Program-made: the position numbers and the translations under genes
Assembly (NCBI GenBank): GCA_030765335.1
Contig: JAVCCU010000001.1
Coordinates: 456-64,455, forward strand
DNA length: 64,000 nucleotides
Direction: 5' to 3'
DNA from: Candidatus Kaelpia aquatica
GTDB taxonomy: Bacteria > Omnitrophota > Gorgyraeia > Kaelpiales > Kaelpiaceae
The notes under the pieces: model-generated
The model's input: the letters and a program-made list of their open reading frames with translations, nothing else
Database searches by the model: none
What the model was told of the DNA's origin: nothing
Part shown: one piece after another, positions 9,545-19,837 of the stretch
Position numbering within the stretch: the stretch's first letter is position 1
Layout: each line of letters begins with the position of its first letter

Positions 9545-10738
9545 TTAAACCATTAAATAAGTAAAGATGTGCTGAATTACAAGGCTTACCGCACCTAAAG
9601 CTACGGAGTTTTCGCCCAGCTGAGTAGGTACAATCCTAACCTGATTGCCTATCTCTTCAAATGTCTTATCTCTAACAGTTTTTTTAATTACATCAAGCAG
9701 CACAGAGCCGGCTCTCTCAATACCACCGCCTATTACAACCACTTCGGGATTAAATATTTGAATAAGGTAGGCAATCCTTACGCCTAACTCCTCGCCTGCC
9801 TCTTTTACCAGACTTACTGCAAGCTCATCTCCAGCTCTCACAGCTTCAATAATGGATTTAAAGTCTATTTTAGAGCTATCTCCTCTAGCTAATTCTAAAA
9901 TCTTAGAATCACTCTTCTCTTTTACTCCCTCTATTGCAGCAGCCCTAAGGCCCAAATCGGCCTCCCAGCGATCTAATCCTCTCCAGCGATTCTTCTCTTC
10001 TTTTCCTAATGTAGGCAATCCTAACTCTCCAGCGCAACCACCAGTGCCTCCATAGATCTGACCATTGATAACAATACCGCAGCCGACACCGGAATACATA
10101 AAGATAAGATTCTTAATATCGCTTTCAAGCTCAAACTCTCTCTCTCCAAAAGCAGCAACAGTTGCATCGTTCTCTACAAAGACAGGGATCTGGAACTTTT
10201 GCTCTAGCATATTCTTTAAAGTAGATATATAGACGCTGCCCATCTGTCCCGGCCAACGTATCGTACCGCCTTTTCTATCTACAATACCGGGTATACCTAT
10301 ACCGATACCTTTTATCTGGTCCCTCTCAACGTTAACTTCCGATATTACCTCTCCAATAATATCGGATATTGCATTTATCATAGCATCCTCAGTACCTTCA
10401 GGCCGAACCTTCTCTACTTTAATCAAAACATTTGCCTTCAAATCAGAGACAACGCCTATGATATTAAGAAGATCTAAGCCTATTCCTATGATATAAGCAG
10501 CCTTTGGGTTTAATTCTAAGACAACCGGCCTTCTGCCCCCCGTTGAAACATCAAGACCGCCTTCTATGACCAGACCCTTTTGAATATAGGTATTGACGTA
10601 GTTGGATACCGTGACGATATTTAACTCTGTCTCCTTAGATATTTCCGTACGAGTAATGGGTCCTTTTCTACGAACTAAATCGAGGATTGAAAAATTTTTC
10701 CGCTCCCTGTCCGTTAAAACCTCTGTTGCTTCTACCAT
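9545..10738 (-). CDS. ROK family transcriptional regulator (NagC/XylR-like)
   Basis: N-terminal HTH (ITRTEISKETELNIVTVS), STGGRRP, GIGIGIPG, VENDA and GxAGELG. Confidence 0.93.
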   Translation of the reverse strand: MVEATEVLTDRERKNFSILDLVRRKGPITRTEISKETELNIVTVSNYVNTYIQKGLVIEGGLDVSTGGRRPVVLELNPKAAYIIGIGLDLLNIIGVVSDLKANVLIKVEKVRPEGTEDAMINAISDIIGEVISEVNVERDQIKGIGIGIPGIVDRKGGTIRWPGQMGSVYISTLKNMLEQKFQIPVFVENDATVAAFGEREFELESDIKNLIFMYSGVGCGIVINGQIYGGTGGCAGELGLPTLGKEEKNRWRGLDRWEADLGLRAAAIEGVKEKSDSKILELARGDSSKIDFKSIIEAVRAGDELAVSLVKEAGEELGVRIAYLIQIFNPEVVVIGGGIERAGSVLLDVIKKTVRDKTFEEIGNQVRIVPTQLGENSVALGAVSLVIQHIFTYLMV

Positions 10739-10757
10739 GCTTACCTCCTTTTAATAA

Positions 10758-12026
10758 TTACTCCCTCAGGAGTTTGTTACCTGCCTCTACAATCTCGGGC
10801 AAAATATCATCCAGTTCAGCTTGACCGTTAAAAAATAAATCCAATTTTGGTTTAACATACAACTCTTCTATCTCTCTCCAATTAGCACTAAATGGAGGGA
10901 AGACCACGCTCTTGACTACTTCATTGAGCATTTTTTTATTCAGTGGCTTCTCTTCACTGCCAGCCCAGTAAGGGCCTTGAGCAACAGATATCCTGCTTGG
11001 CTGCGCTAATCCTATAGAGGCAATACGTTCCATAGCTTGAGCAGAAGTTAAAGCCTTTATTGTCTTCCAGGCAAGCTCAGGATTCTTAGATGTTTTCAAT
11101 ATGCAATATGCTGTTCCTCCCGTTGCAACCTGCCGTATATCCTTAGGACTTTTAGGAAACATTGCTATATCCCAATCAAAGTTCTCTATATTCTGCAATG
11201 CCGGCGTCTCCCATATCCCTGAACCTAACATCGCAAGGCGTCCGGTCATAAACATCATCTGCACACCCATACCCATATTTATAAGGGCAGAGGGTGTTGG
11301 AGATACTTTATGCTTTAAAATAAGATCTCTATAAAACTCCAGTCCTTCTCGCGATGCTTGAGTATTCAGCCTTATAGAGCTAGGGACTTTAACATTATCT
11401 ACAAGCCCGCCGCCGTTAGCTAAAACAAAATTCTGCCAGGCCCAAGTATAAAAACCATAGCTCTTAATCTTACCTTTTTCATCTCTTTCGGTAAGGCGCT
11501 TTGCAGTTTTAAGAAGAGCATCCCAATCCCAATCATCATCGGGGTAGGGAATATTATGCTGATCAAAGATATCCTTATTATAGTAGATGCAGGCAAAAGG
11601 GGCAATATCTCTGGGTATACCGTAAATATCACCTTCGATAGTAAAATGTTCAATAATGGGCGAGAAAAAATCATTTAATACAAAACTCTCATCTTTTTCT
11701 ACAAAAGGACTAAGGCTTAAGAAAACGCCTTTAGAGTAAAAACTTGTAAAGAGTCCTACCTCTACAGCTATAACATCAGGCGCATCTCCTCCTGCTATTC
11801 TAGTTAAAATCTTGCTGCTATACCCTCCGTAAGGAGTATGCTCTAAAACAACTTTTATCCCAGGATTGTCTCTCTGCCATTCTTTAATAACAGACGTAAT
11901 TATCCTAACCTCTTCGGGGGAGCCCCAAAAAGCAAAGCGTACCTTGTTACTATCTAAGGCTGGATCCTTACCACAGCCCCATGCTAGTATAGATATTAAG
12001 ATTAAAATACTTTTTGTAATCTTCAT
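10758..12026 (-). CDS. Sugar ABC transporter substrate-binding lipoprotein
   Basis: Lipobox LAWGC; IAGGDAPDV, YGIP, YYNKDIF and WDWD family-1 SBP motifs. Confidence 0.92.
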   Translation of the reverse strand: MKITKSILILISILAWGCGKDPALDSNKVRFAFWGSPEEVRIITSVIKEWQRDNPGIKVVLEHTPYGGYSSKILTRIAGGDAPDVIAVEVGLFTSFYSKGVFLSLSPFVEKDESFVLNDFFSPIIEHFTIEGDIYGIPRDIAPFACIYYNKDIFDQHNIPYPDDDWDWDALLKTAKRLTERDEKGKIKSYGFYTWAWQNFVLANGGGLVDNVKVPSSIRLNTQASREGLEFYRDLILKHKVSPTPSALINMGMGVQMMFMTGRLAMLGSGIWETPALQNIENFDWDIAMFPKSPKDIRQVATGGTAYCILKTSKNPELAWKTIKALTSAQAMERIASIGLAQPSRISVAQGPYWAGSEEKPLNKKMLNEVVKSVVFPPFSANWREIEELYVKPKLDLFFNGQAELDDILPEIVEAGNKLLRE

Positions 12027-12053
12027 AATAAACTTATTAAGGTAATTATTTAA

Positions 12054-12082
12054 ATTTTAAAATAACTTTTTATAATTGTCAA
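12054..12082 (-). promoter_or_regulatory. Sigma70-type promoter of SBP-ROK, with possible ROK operator
   Basis: TTGACA-17 nt-TAAAAT. An imperfect palindrome TTATTTAAATTTTAAAATAA (12046-12065) overlaps the -10; weak evidence because the region is very AT-rich. Confidence 0.6.
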
Positions 12083-12105
12083 ACATATTTAAAATACTAA
12101 GAGGA

Positions 12106-13293
12106 TCAATTGCCTGAAAACTCTACAACATCATTTTTAGCCACAGATTCTTGAGGTAAACTCAGGAGAAACTCTGCTGCAGAAGTCACCTCTCTAACCT
12201 CTTTTACTTTGAGTTTTGCAATCAGCCTACCCTCTCTATAGATAAAGCATTCCATTCCTTCTTCCACACCGTCTCTCCTGCCGCGGTCAATTACTATAAA
12301 ACCATCTGCTGCGTTAACAGCAACTACTTTGGCTTGGATGCTATTATCCCCTACCTCTATTCTGGGTAATTCAACCGCAAACTCTTGGTCGTCATAACCC
12401 ATCTTCTTTATCTCCTCAAGAGCCATTTCAAGATCCTGCTTTAAGCGTGTAACTTCGAGCATCTTATCTTCTAAAATTTGATTAACGTAACCTATCCGCT
12501 TTTCAAACCTATTTTTACTTTGTTCCTCTTTTAGCATTGTCTGCTTAAAATCATCCAGCCTTTTTTCAGTAGCCATCTTATCCACTTGAGCCTGTTCTAA
12601 CTGAAGAGCTAAGCCCTGTTTGTCCTGCTCTAATCTTTCCAAGCCTCTTATAGATTCGAGCTTCTCTTCTTTCTCCTGCTCCAATGATTGGGAAAAAGAA
12701 GAGACTATACCTCTAGTCTCAGCTAATCTCTCCTCTAGCCCTTTTTTCTCATCTAATAGCTCTCCTGTAAGCTGGCTCAATCGCTCTCTCTCATCTTCAA
12801 ATCTTAAAATCTCTTCGTCTTTTTTCTCAAGCAACCTTTTAAGATTGCTAAGCTTTAATTCTAAAGATGTCTTCTCCCGCAGTAGATTAGACCAAAAATC
12901 ATCTCCCCTGCCGTCCTCTGCTTTGACTCTTTTGGTCAATCTCTCTTTTAGATCTTCTCTCTCTCTAACCAGCCTGGCAGCCTCATCTTTTAGCCTATTG
13001 TTATCATCGGCCAACTCTTCAAGCTCTTCTTCTGTTAAAAGTTTGTTCTCTTCTAATTTTGCCATCTGACTTCTATAAGCTGTTAGTTGGGTTCTAATAT
13101 CTTCTACCTCTATTTTAAATTTATCTAGTTCAAACTCTAAATCTCTATTCTTTTGATGCCAGAGCGCTTTCTCTTCTACATAGCTAGAGTATATCTTTCT
13201 ATTCTCCGTGCCTAACCAGAAAGCAGATACTAAAGAGAGTATCGTTAGGACTGTCACCGTTGAATATATAACTATTTTTATATTATCATTCAT
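12106..13293 (-). CDS. Membrane-anchored long coiled-coil protein with C-terminal small beta domain (FlgT C-terminal-like)
   Basis: One N-terminal TM, about 270 aa of heptad-rich E/K/L sequence, and C-terminal AKVVAVN..GFIVIDRGRRDGVEEGM...IAKLKV; overlaps the stop of the RND gene. Confidence 0.75.
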   Translation of the reverse strand: MNDNIKIVIYSTVTVLTILSLVSAFWLGTENRKIYSSYVEEKALWHQKNRDLEFELDKFKIEVEDIRTQLTAYRSQMAKLEENKLLTEEELEELADDNNRLKDEAARLVREREDLKERLTKRVKAEDGRGDDFWSNLLREKTSLELKLSNLKRLLEKKDEEILRFEDERERLSQLTGELLDEKKGLEERLAETRGIVSSFSQSLEQEKEEKLESIRGLERLEQDKQGLALQLEQAQVDKMATEKRLDDFKQTMLKEEQSKNRFEKRIGYVNQILEDKMLEVTRLKQDLEMALEEIKKMGYDDQEFAVELPRIEVGDNSIQAKVVAVNAADGFIVIDRGRRDGVEEGMECFIYREGRLIAKLKVKEVREVTSAAEFLLSLPQESVAKNDVVEFSGN

Positions 13294-16200
13294 GCTTTAT
13301 CTTTAAAAATACACTCATACGATTCAATCTATATTTTAAATCTTCCAATATCATATAGCCAGAAGGAATTACAAGGAGGGTCAATACGGTAGAGACAGAC
13401 ATTCCTCCAATTACAGTCTTTGCTAGCGGTGACCAGAGATTGGAAGACTCACTCTTATCTAATGCCATAGGCATAAGACTGCAGATTGTTGTAATAGAAG
13501 TCATAAAGATAGGACGTAATCTATGTTCAGCACCTCCAAGGATAGCTTTTTTTAATTCTACGCCTTGCCCTCTTAAAAAATTTATATGATCGACCATAAC
13601 TATTGCATTATTGACAACAATACCTCCCAACATCAACATCCCCATAAGAGCTCCGATGTTAATAGATGTATCTGTATAGTAGAGCGTTGGGATGACACCT
13701 ATTGCAGCTAAAGGAACGGTGGCCATAATAATAAACGGCTGAGTATAAGACTCAAAGAGTGAAGCCAAAACTAAAAAGATTAAAAATAGCGCTGTAATGA
13801 CCGCAAATTTTTGTTGACGCTCATTCTCCACCATCAATTCATAATCTCCGCTAAACCTATAGGTGTAATTCTCTGGCATCTCAAATGTATCTAAAGCCTC
13901 CTTACATCTTTCAATGGCTTTATTTAAGTCTAAGGAGCCTCTGTTCGCACTAACCTGAACCATTCTGGATTTATTTTTATGCCAAATTTCACTTGGAGCT
14001 ATATCAAATTTTAAATCTGCAACCTGTTTCAATGGAACTTCCACTTTCTCCTTATTTACAAAAGTTATATTTTTTAAATCGTCAAAACTATCGCGATCAA
14101 GCTCACTTATCCTCGCAACAATCTCAACTTCCTTGTTCTCAGTATGAAAAAAACTAGACCTTAGACCCCGTATCTTACCATGCAATTGATAGGAAATATC
14201 TTTAATCGTTAATCCAAACATGCTGAGTTTATCTTGATCCACTATAATTCTTATCTCCGGCCTACCCTCACGCATTCTTATCTTTTGATCTGTAATCCCT
14301 TCAACCTGAGAGAGGCTTTGGGCCATCTTCATTGCTATCTGCTTCAAAACATCGTAGTCATAACCATTGATATCAATAAATATTTCATTGCTGCCTACTT
14401 CTTGAGGTAGTTGAAAATATATAAAGGCATCGAAATTCTTCATTGTTTCATCCATTTGGGGGCGAAGCTCTTCTATGAGATCGTTTGTCAATTTATCTCT
14501 TTGATCAAGTGGTTTTAACTTTACATACACCTTGGAAGACCATCTCTCTATTCTAGAAGATACAGTCCGTACTTCAGGAACATCTTTTAAGATCTTTTCA
14601 ACCATCGCAACTGCTTTATCAGACATCTCCAGCTTCGCGCCTGTAGGCAGCTCAACATGTACGGTAAATTTGTTCTGTTCTGTAATTCCGATAAACTCTC
14701 TGCCGATATGTTCCTGAAGAGGCCAGACCCAGACAACAGTTGCTATCATAACTAATATCAGGAGATACCTGAATTTTAAAATGAATTTTAGTGAGCCTAT
14801 ATAAGCTTCTCTAACCTTTTTAATGTTCTTCTTACCTTTCTTCAAAAATGACACTCCTCCACCCATCTTAATTATAGATGAGGCTAAGGGAATCAAGCTT
14901 AAAGCTACAAAGAGAGACGCAAGGAGAGAGTAGACAACTGTCCAGGTCAATCCGCTGTAGAGCAATCTAATCTGTTTACCGACAAACATTATCGGCAAAA
15001 ACGCAACTACAGAAGTAATGGTTGAAGCTGCTATTGCCAGGCTGACTTCCTGACTGCCTTTTAGCGCAGCCTCTCTTTTTTTAAGCCCTTGCTCCCTTTT
15101 TTTGAAAATATTCTCAAGCACAACGATGGAGGAGTCAACCAACATGCCTATACCTAAAGCCAACCCAGAGAGAGTCATAACATTTAAAGTCAAACCCTGC
15201 ATAAACATGATTGTAAAGGTGGCCATAACAGAAAGCGGGATAGAGAGTGCGATAATAAATGTTGGAGCTACATCATGGAGAAAGAGCAGCAACACAACAA
15301 CTGCCAGCGCTCCACCGAACATAAGTGATTTACGGACTGTATCAATGGCCTCTTGAACATACTCAGCCTGCTGAAAAGTAGGTTTTATTATTACATCCTC
15401 GGGAAGCTCCTCTCTTATCTTGGAAAGCTCCTCAACTAGCATCTTATCAACCTTTATAGTGTTAGCCGTAGACTCTTTCTGTATATAGATAGAGACAACA
15501 GGCCTAGAATCAACTCTAGAAATATCCATGGGATCAAGGAAGGAATCCTTAATCCGGGCAACATCTTTAAGCCGAATAATGGAACCTTGGGGATTCATGC
15601 TAATCCCAATATCTTTTATATCCTCAATGCTTTTATACTGACCCATGAGGCGAATTAAATTTTTTACTTTTACCTCTTCCACCTCTCCTAAAAGCAGGTC
15701 TAAATTGTTAGCTCCTACAGCATCAATTAACTCCCCTAAAGATATATTGTAAGACTGCAGGCTGTTCTCAGTTGCTTCGACAATAATCTTTCTCTCTCTA
15801 CCTCCGGCTATCTCTATATTCGCCACTCCCCCTATTCGCTGTAATCTAGATTTGATTTTCTCGTCCACAATCCTTCTCAACATCTCAGGGGTATATCTCT
15901 CTCCCGTTACAGCAAGTATCACCATTGGGACGTCTGTCTGTTGATACCGCGCAATAACCGGCTTCTCTATCTCATTGGGCAGCGAGTCCTTTACTCGGCC
16001 GAATTTTTCTCTAACCTCCAGAGAGGCAAAATCCATATCAGTGCCCGGCTCAAATCTCAAAATAACTCTAGACTCTCCTTCTTCAGATATAGCTATGAGC
16101 TCTTTAAGTTTACTCACATCACTTATAGCTTCTTCAACCGGTTTTGTAACAAGGCGCTCTACGTCGGGAGAAGGCACGCCGCCTCTAATCCTTATAATGA

Positions 16201-16339
16201 TGCTTATGGTGTCGTAGCTGTAGTTAGGCATCAGCTCAACGGGCAGCTGTATTAAAGCAATATAACCTACAAGTATGATGCCTAAAAAGATCATACTCAT
16301 TGCAACCGGTTTTTTTATCGAGAACTCAGGTAGATTCAT
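13286..16339 (-). CDS. RND efflux permease (AcrB/SwrC-like), subunit 2
   Basis: Motifs GLALGIGMLVDSSIVVLENI, LASLFES, GIVVNNAIVMVD and RLRPIFMT. Confidence 0.95.
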   Translation of the reverse strand: MNLPEFSIKKPVAMSMIFLGIILVGYIALIQLPVELMPNYSYDTISIIIRIRGGVPSPDVERLVTKPVEEAISDVSKLKELIAISEEGESRVILRFEPGTDMDFASLEVREKFGRVKDSLPNEIEKPVIARYQQTDVPMVILAVTGERYTPEMLRRIVDEKIKSRLQRIGGVANIEIAGGRERKIIVEATENSLQSYNISLGELIDAVGANNLDLLLGEVEEVKVKNLIRLMGQYKSIEDIKDIGISMNPQGSIIRLKDVARIKDSFLDPMDISRVDSRPVVSIYIQKESTANTIKVDKMLVEELSKIREELPEDVIIKPTFQQAEYVQEAIDTVRKSLMFGGALAVVVLLLFLHDVAPTFIIALSIPLSVMATFTIMFMQGLTLNVMTLSGLALGIGMLVDSSIVVLENIFKKREQGLKKREAALKGSQEVSLAIAASTITSVVAFLPIMFVGKQIRLLYSGLTWTVVYSLLASLFVALSLIPLASSIIKMGGGVSFLKKGKKNIKKVREAYIGSLKFILKFRYLLILVMIATVVWVWPLQEHIGREFIGITEQNKFTVHVELPTGAKLEMSDKAVAMVEKILKDVPEVRTVSSRIERWSSKVYVKLKPLDQRDKLTNDLIEELRPQMDETMKNFDAFIYFQLPQEVGSNEIFIDINGYDYDVLKQIAMKMAQSLSQVEGITDQKIRMREGRPEIRIIVDQDKLSMFGLTIKDISYQLHGKIRGLRSSFFHTENKEVEIVARISELDRDSFDDLKNITFVNKEKVEVPLKQVADLKFDIAPSEIWHKNKSRMVQVSANRGSLDLNKAIERCKEALDTFEMPENYTYRFSGDYELMVENERQQKFAVITALFLIFLVLASLFESYTQPFIIMATVPLAAIGVIPTLYYTDTSINIGALMGMLMLGGIVVNNAIVMVDHINFLRGQGVELKKAILGGAEHRLRPIFMTSITTICSLMPMALDKSESSNLWSPLAKTVIGGMSVSTVLTLLVIPSGYMILEDLKYRLNRMSVFLKIKHE

Positions 16340-16353
16340 AAGTTAAGCTCAGG

Positions 16354-19300
16354 TTATGTCATTCTATACCACCTACCAGGACCGCTTGGCCCTTCTGGAG
16401 TAATGATTTTTTTCTTCTGCAAATCTTTGAGATCCCTGGCTGCTGTAGCAATAGAGACATTGAACATCTGCACATATTCCTGTCGCCTCAGTCTACCTTG
16501 TTGGCGTAGATGCTCTAGGGCCTCTATCTGCCTCTGGTTTAAATCTAAGTATTGAGCTTTCTTTTCTCTGTCTTCTTTTATTACTGCATCTTCTTCTCTC
16601 TCTAATTTTGTCCCTACAACATCTGGCTGCTCTTGCTGCCGCGGCTCTGGAGAAGATACTAGTCCTTGTTCAACTTGGGGCAATATCTGCTTTCCTCTAC
16701 CCTCTAACATTTTTACAGCAACGATGTATAATGCCGGAATTATAAAAAGAGTGAGCAATGTAGAAGAGGATAACCCTCCGATAACAGCTATAGCCATAGG
16801 AGCTCTCAGTTCTGCCCCGTCACTAAAGCCCAATGCAAGAGGCATAAGGCCGAGAGTTGTAGTTAAAGCTGTCATCAATATCGGTCGTAACCTATTTTGA
16901 GAAGCCTCTAAGACAGCCTCATAAGTAGAGAATCCTTCTTCCCTTAATCCATTGATATGGTCTATGAGAACAATGCCATTATTAACAACTATTCCACCCA
17001 AGATTATTACTCCCAAAAAGACAACTATATTGAGAGTGGTATGAGTAAGCAGCAAAGCAACTGTTATGCCTATCGCTGCTAAAGGCACAGAAAATATAAT
17101 AACAAATGGCTGCCAAAAAGACTCAAACTGTGCAGCCATTATCATGTACACAAGTATTATAGACAGCAGCAGGGCAAAGAAGAGGCTTTTAAAAGATTCC
17201 TCCATCTCTTTGCGCTCTCCGCTAAGCTGCACCACGTAATCCTCCGGAATATCCATATTGGATATCTTACTATCTACGCTATTTGCAATCTCGTTAAAGC
17301 TTCTCTTGTAAACATTGGCTGAGACTAAAACGGTCCTCTCTTGACCTAATCGCTTGATTTCAGACGGCCCAACACCCCTTACAAGGTAAGCCACATCCGC
17401 CAATGGAATCTCAACCCCAAGCGGTGAATGTATAAGTATTCTTCTTATCTTAGAGAGATCCTCTCTGTCCTCGTCGCGCAATCTTGTTCTAATATCATAC
17501 TCTCTGCCTTCTTCCTTGTATTTAGAGGCAACGTAACCTCGAATTGCTGCATTAGTTGCCAAAGATATGGTATTCACTGAAAGATTATAGAGCGCGGCTT
17601 TCTGTTTCATTATATTAATCTTTACCTCCGGCTGAGGAGGCATAAGGTCACTTTTAATATCATAAAGCCCTGCGATATCGCTCAGACTTAAGACTAAACT
17701 CTCTGAAGTAGAACGCAAAACATCTAAATCACGTCCTCTGATCTCAACATTGACCGGCTTACCTCCGCCCATAGCTGCCTTGAATATTGTCTCTTGCAGA
17801 ATATATGCCAGCTCTGCCCTTTCCAAATCAACAACCAATAGGTCTTTCTGTAGCTGCTGCACAATGTCCTGACTTTTTCTATAATAGGGTGATTTCTTTG
17901 GAAACTCCTTTAAGTTGATCACTATCTGGGATTGATGAGACCCCAAAGTCTCTACGGACCCTCCATAGTCTTTCTCTTTAGAAGAACCGATGGTCACGCT
18001 AACACCTTTAATATCCGGATATTTAAATATGGTTCTCTCTATTCTCTTTATAACTCTATCTGTTACCTCAATCTTTGTACCTGTAGGCATGTCGACCATT
18101 ATCATGAACTCTCTCTGATCAACCTTGGGCATCAACTCCCTGTCTATCTTAGTCAAGAGATAGAGAGAGAGGCCTGTTACTGCAATAACAAGAGCAAACC
18201 CGATCTGCTTAAATCTCAAGAATGATTTTAATGTATTCGCATATGAGATACGCAATATCTTCATCCAGACCCACTCTTTGCGCTCTTTATTCACTCTCTT
18301 TATTTTAGAGGCGAGGCTGGGGATCAAAGATAGAGCAACAGCAAGAGAAGCAATGAGAGCAAAAATAACAGTAAAAGCCAGCTCTTTAAAAAGCTGCCCT
18401 GCAACACCTTGAACGAATATCAGCGGAAGAAAAACCGCTATCGTTGTCAATGTCGAAGAGAAAATGGCAGCCGCCACTTCAGACGTTCCGTCAATAGCCG
18501 CTTCTTTGGCAGGCCCGCCAAGCTGCCTCTTACGGATAATATTCTCTATAACAACAATGGCATTATCCACAAGCATACCAACGCCCAAAGCAAGGCCACC
18601 TAAAGACATGATGTTAATGGATAGCCCCCTAAAGTACATAAGGCTAAAGGCAAACATAATCGATATAGGTATTGAAAGCGCAACTATTAGAGAGCTGTAG
18701 ATGTTCATCAAAAAGAAGAAGAGAACAATGAAGGCAAGCACGCCTCCTTGCACCGCAGCATCTCTAACTCCATTAATTGAATCCTGAATAAACTTAGACT
18801 GATCATAGACAATCTCAATCTCAACTCTGCCCTGCAGCCTCTCTTCAATTGCAAGAAGCTTCTTCTCAACAGCCTTCACTACTGTAATGATGTTGGCCCC
18901 CGCTTGCCGTTGAATTCTCAGGGCTATATTGTCGCTGCCGTTATAACGCGAGAGATTGGTCAAATCCTTAAGCGAATCTTGCACTATGCCTAAATCACCT
19001 AAGTGAATTATTCTTTTATCCGAGCTTTCACCTTTTGACTCTCTTATATATTCTTCATATTGCGTCTTTGGCGGATCAACATCCTGTACTTCAACAACAA
19101 CGTTCTCGATCTCTTTAACCGCCTCAAACTCACCCATTGTCCTGATCAAATATTCATAAAACTTCTCTTTAATTGTCCCGGCAGGAAAAGTAAAATTTGT
19201 CTGCTTTATAGATTCAGCAACTTTTAAAATCGGAATGCGATTGGCGTATAGCTTACCTTGATCAAGTGCAACTAGAATCTCCCGCTCTCGACCTCCTACG

Positions 19301-19824
19301 ATCGCAGCTGAAGCAACGCCGTCTATCTTTTCCAGCTCATCTTTAATCTCTTTTCTGACTAACTCTCTTAACTCTCTAGACGGAAGGCTTCCTTTTATAG
19401 ATAGTATAGCAATGGGCGTCTCAAAGGGATTAAACTTCATTACTATCGGGTCTTTGGCTCCCATGGGAAGTCGCTCTTTAACCAGATCTATCTTTTCTCT
19501 AACACCCAGGGAAGCAAAATCCATATGTGTGCCCCAATCAAAATCGAGGATAATAAGAGAGAGCCCCTCTTTTGAAATCGAAGATATTTTCTTAAGCCCA
19601 TTCACTGTGCCTACCGCCTCTTCGATTATCTTTGTTACAAGGGTCTCAATCTCTTCAGGTGAGGCATTCTCATAAGTTGTGACAACACTAATTTGAGGAT
19701 AAGATATTGATGGATAGAGCTCTTGAGGTAAACGCACCCAGGAGATAGCACCCAGGAGCATGATGCCCAAAAAGAACATTGTTACTGTAACCGGTCTTTT
19801 TACAGAAAAGCTAGGTAGATTCAT
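16354..19824 (-). CDS. RND efflux permease, subunit 1, with C-terminal winged helix-turn-helix extension
   Basis: Full RND body (GMLVDNAIVVIENI, RLRPILMT), then a low-complexity linker and LNQRQIEALEHL...YVQMFNVSIATAARDLKDL...GPGRWY, a DeoR/Fic-type wHTH. Confidence 0.9.
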   Translation of the reverse strand: MNLPSFSVKRPVTVTMFFLGIMLLGAISWVRLPQELYPSISYPQISVVTTYENASPEEIETLVTKIIEEAVGTVNGLKKISSISKEGLSLIILDFDWGTHMDFASLGVREKIDLVKERLPMGAKDPIVMKFNPFETPIAILSIKGSLPSRELRELVRKEIKDELEKIDGVASAAIVGGREREILVALDQGKLYANRIPILKVAESIKQTNFTFPAGTIKEKFYEYLIRTMGEFEAVKEIENVVVEVQDVDPPKTQYEEYIRESKGESSDKRIIHLGDLGIVQDSLKDLTNLSRYNGSDNIALRIQRQAGANIITVVKAVEKKLLAIEERLQGRVEIEIVYDQSKFIQDSINGVRDAAVQGGVLAFIVLFFFLMNIYSSLIVALSIPISIMFAFSLMYFRGLSINIMSLGGLALGVGMLVDNAIVVIENIIRKRQLGGPAKEAAIDGTSEVAAAIFSSTLTTIAVFLPLIFVQGVAGQLFKELAFTVIFALIASLAVALSLIPSLASKIKRVNKERKEWVWMKILRISYANTLKSFLRFKQIGFALVIAVTGLSLYLLTKIDRELMPKVDQREFMIMVDMPTGTKIEVTDRVIKRIERTIFKYPDIKGVSVTIGSSKEKDYGGSVETLGSHQSQIVINLKEFPKKSPYYRKSQDIVQQLQKDLLVVDLERAELAYILQETIFKAAMGGGKPVNVEIRGRDLDVLRSTSESLVLSLSDIAGLYDIKSDLMPPQPEVKINIMKQKAALYNLSVNTISLATNAAIRGYVASKYKEEGREYDIRTRLRDEDREDLSKIRRILIHSPLGVEIPLADVAYLVRGVGPSEIKRLGQERTVLVSANVYKRSFNEIANSVDSKISNMDIPEDYVVQLSGERKEMEESFKSLFFALLLSIILVYMIMAAQFESFWQPFVIIFSVPLAAIGITVALLLTHTTLNIVVFLGVIILGGIVVNNGIVLIDHINGLREEGFSTYEAVLEASQNRLRPILMTALTTTLGLMPLALGFSDGAELRAPMAIAVIGGLSSSTLLTLFIIPALYIVAVKMLEGRGKQILPQVEQGLVSSPEPRQQEQPDVVGTKLEREEDAVIKEDREKKAQYLDLNQRQIEALEHLRQQGRLRRQEYVQMFNVSIATAARDLKDLQKKKIITPEGPSGPGRWYRMT

Positions 19825-19837
19825 TATAGAATAATTA

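Noticed and set aside
8897-9556. 219-aa plus-strand ORF, and the many other short ORFs antisense to or nested in long genes
   Set aside because: They lie opposite or within well-supported genes and show no family motifs.
18563-18571. Single perfect DnaA box in the RND gene
   Set aside because: Explained by the conserved LVDN protein motif; solitary.
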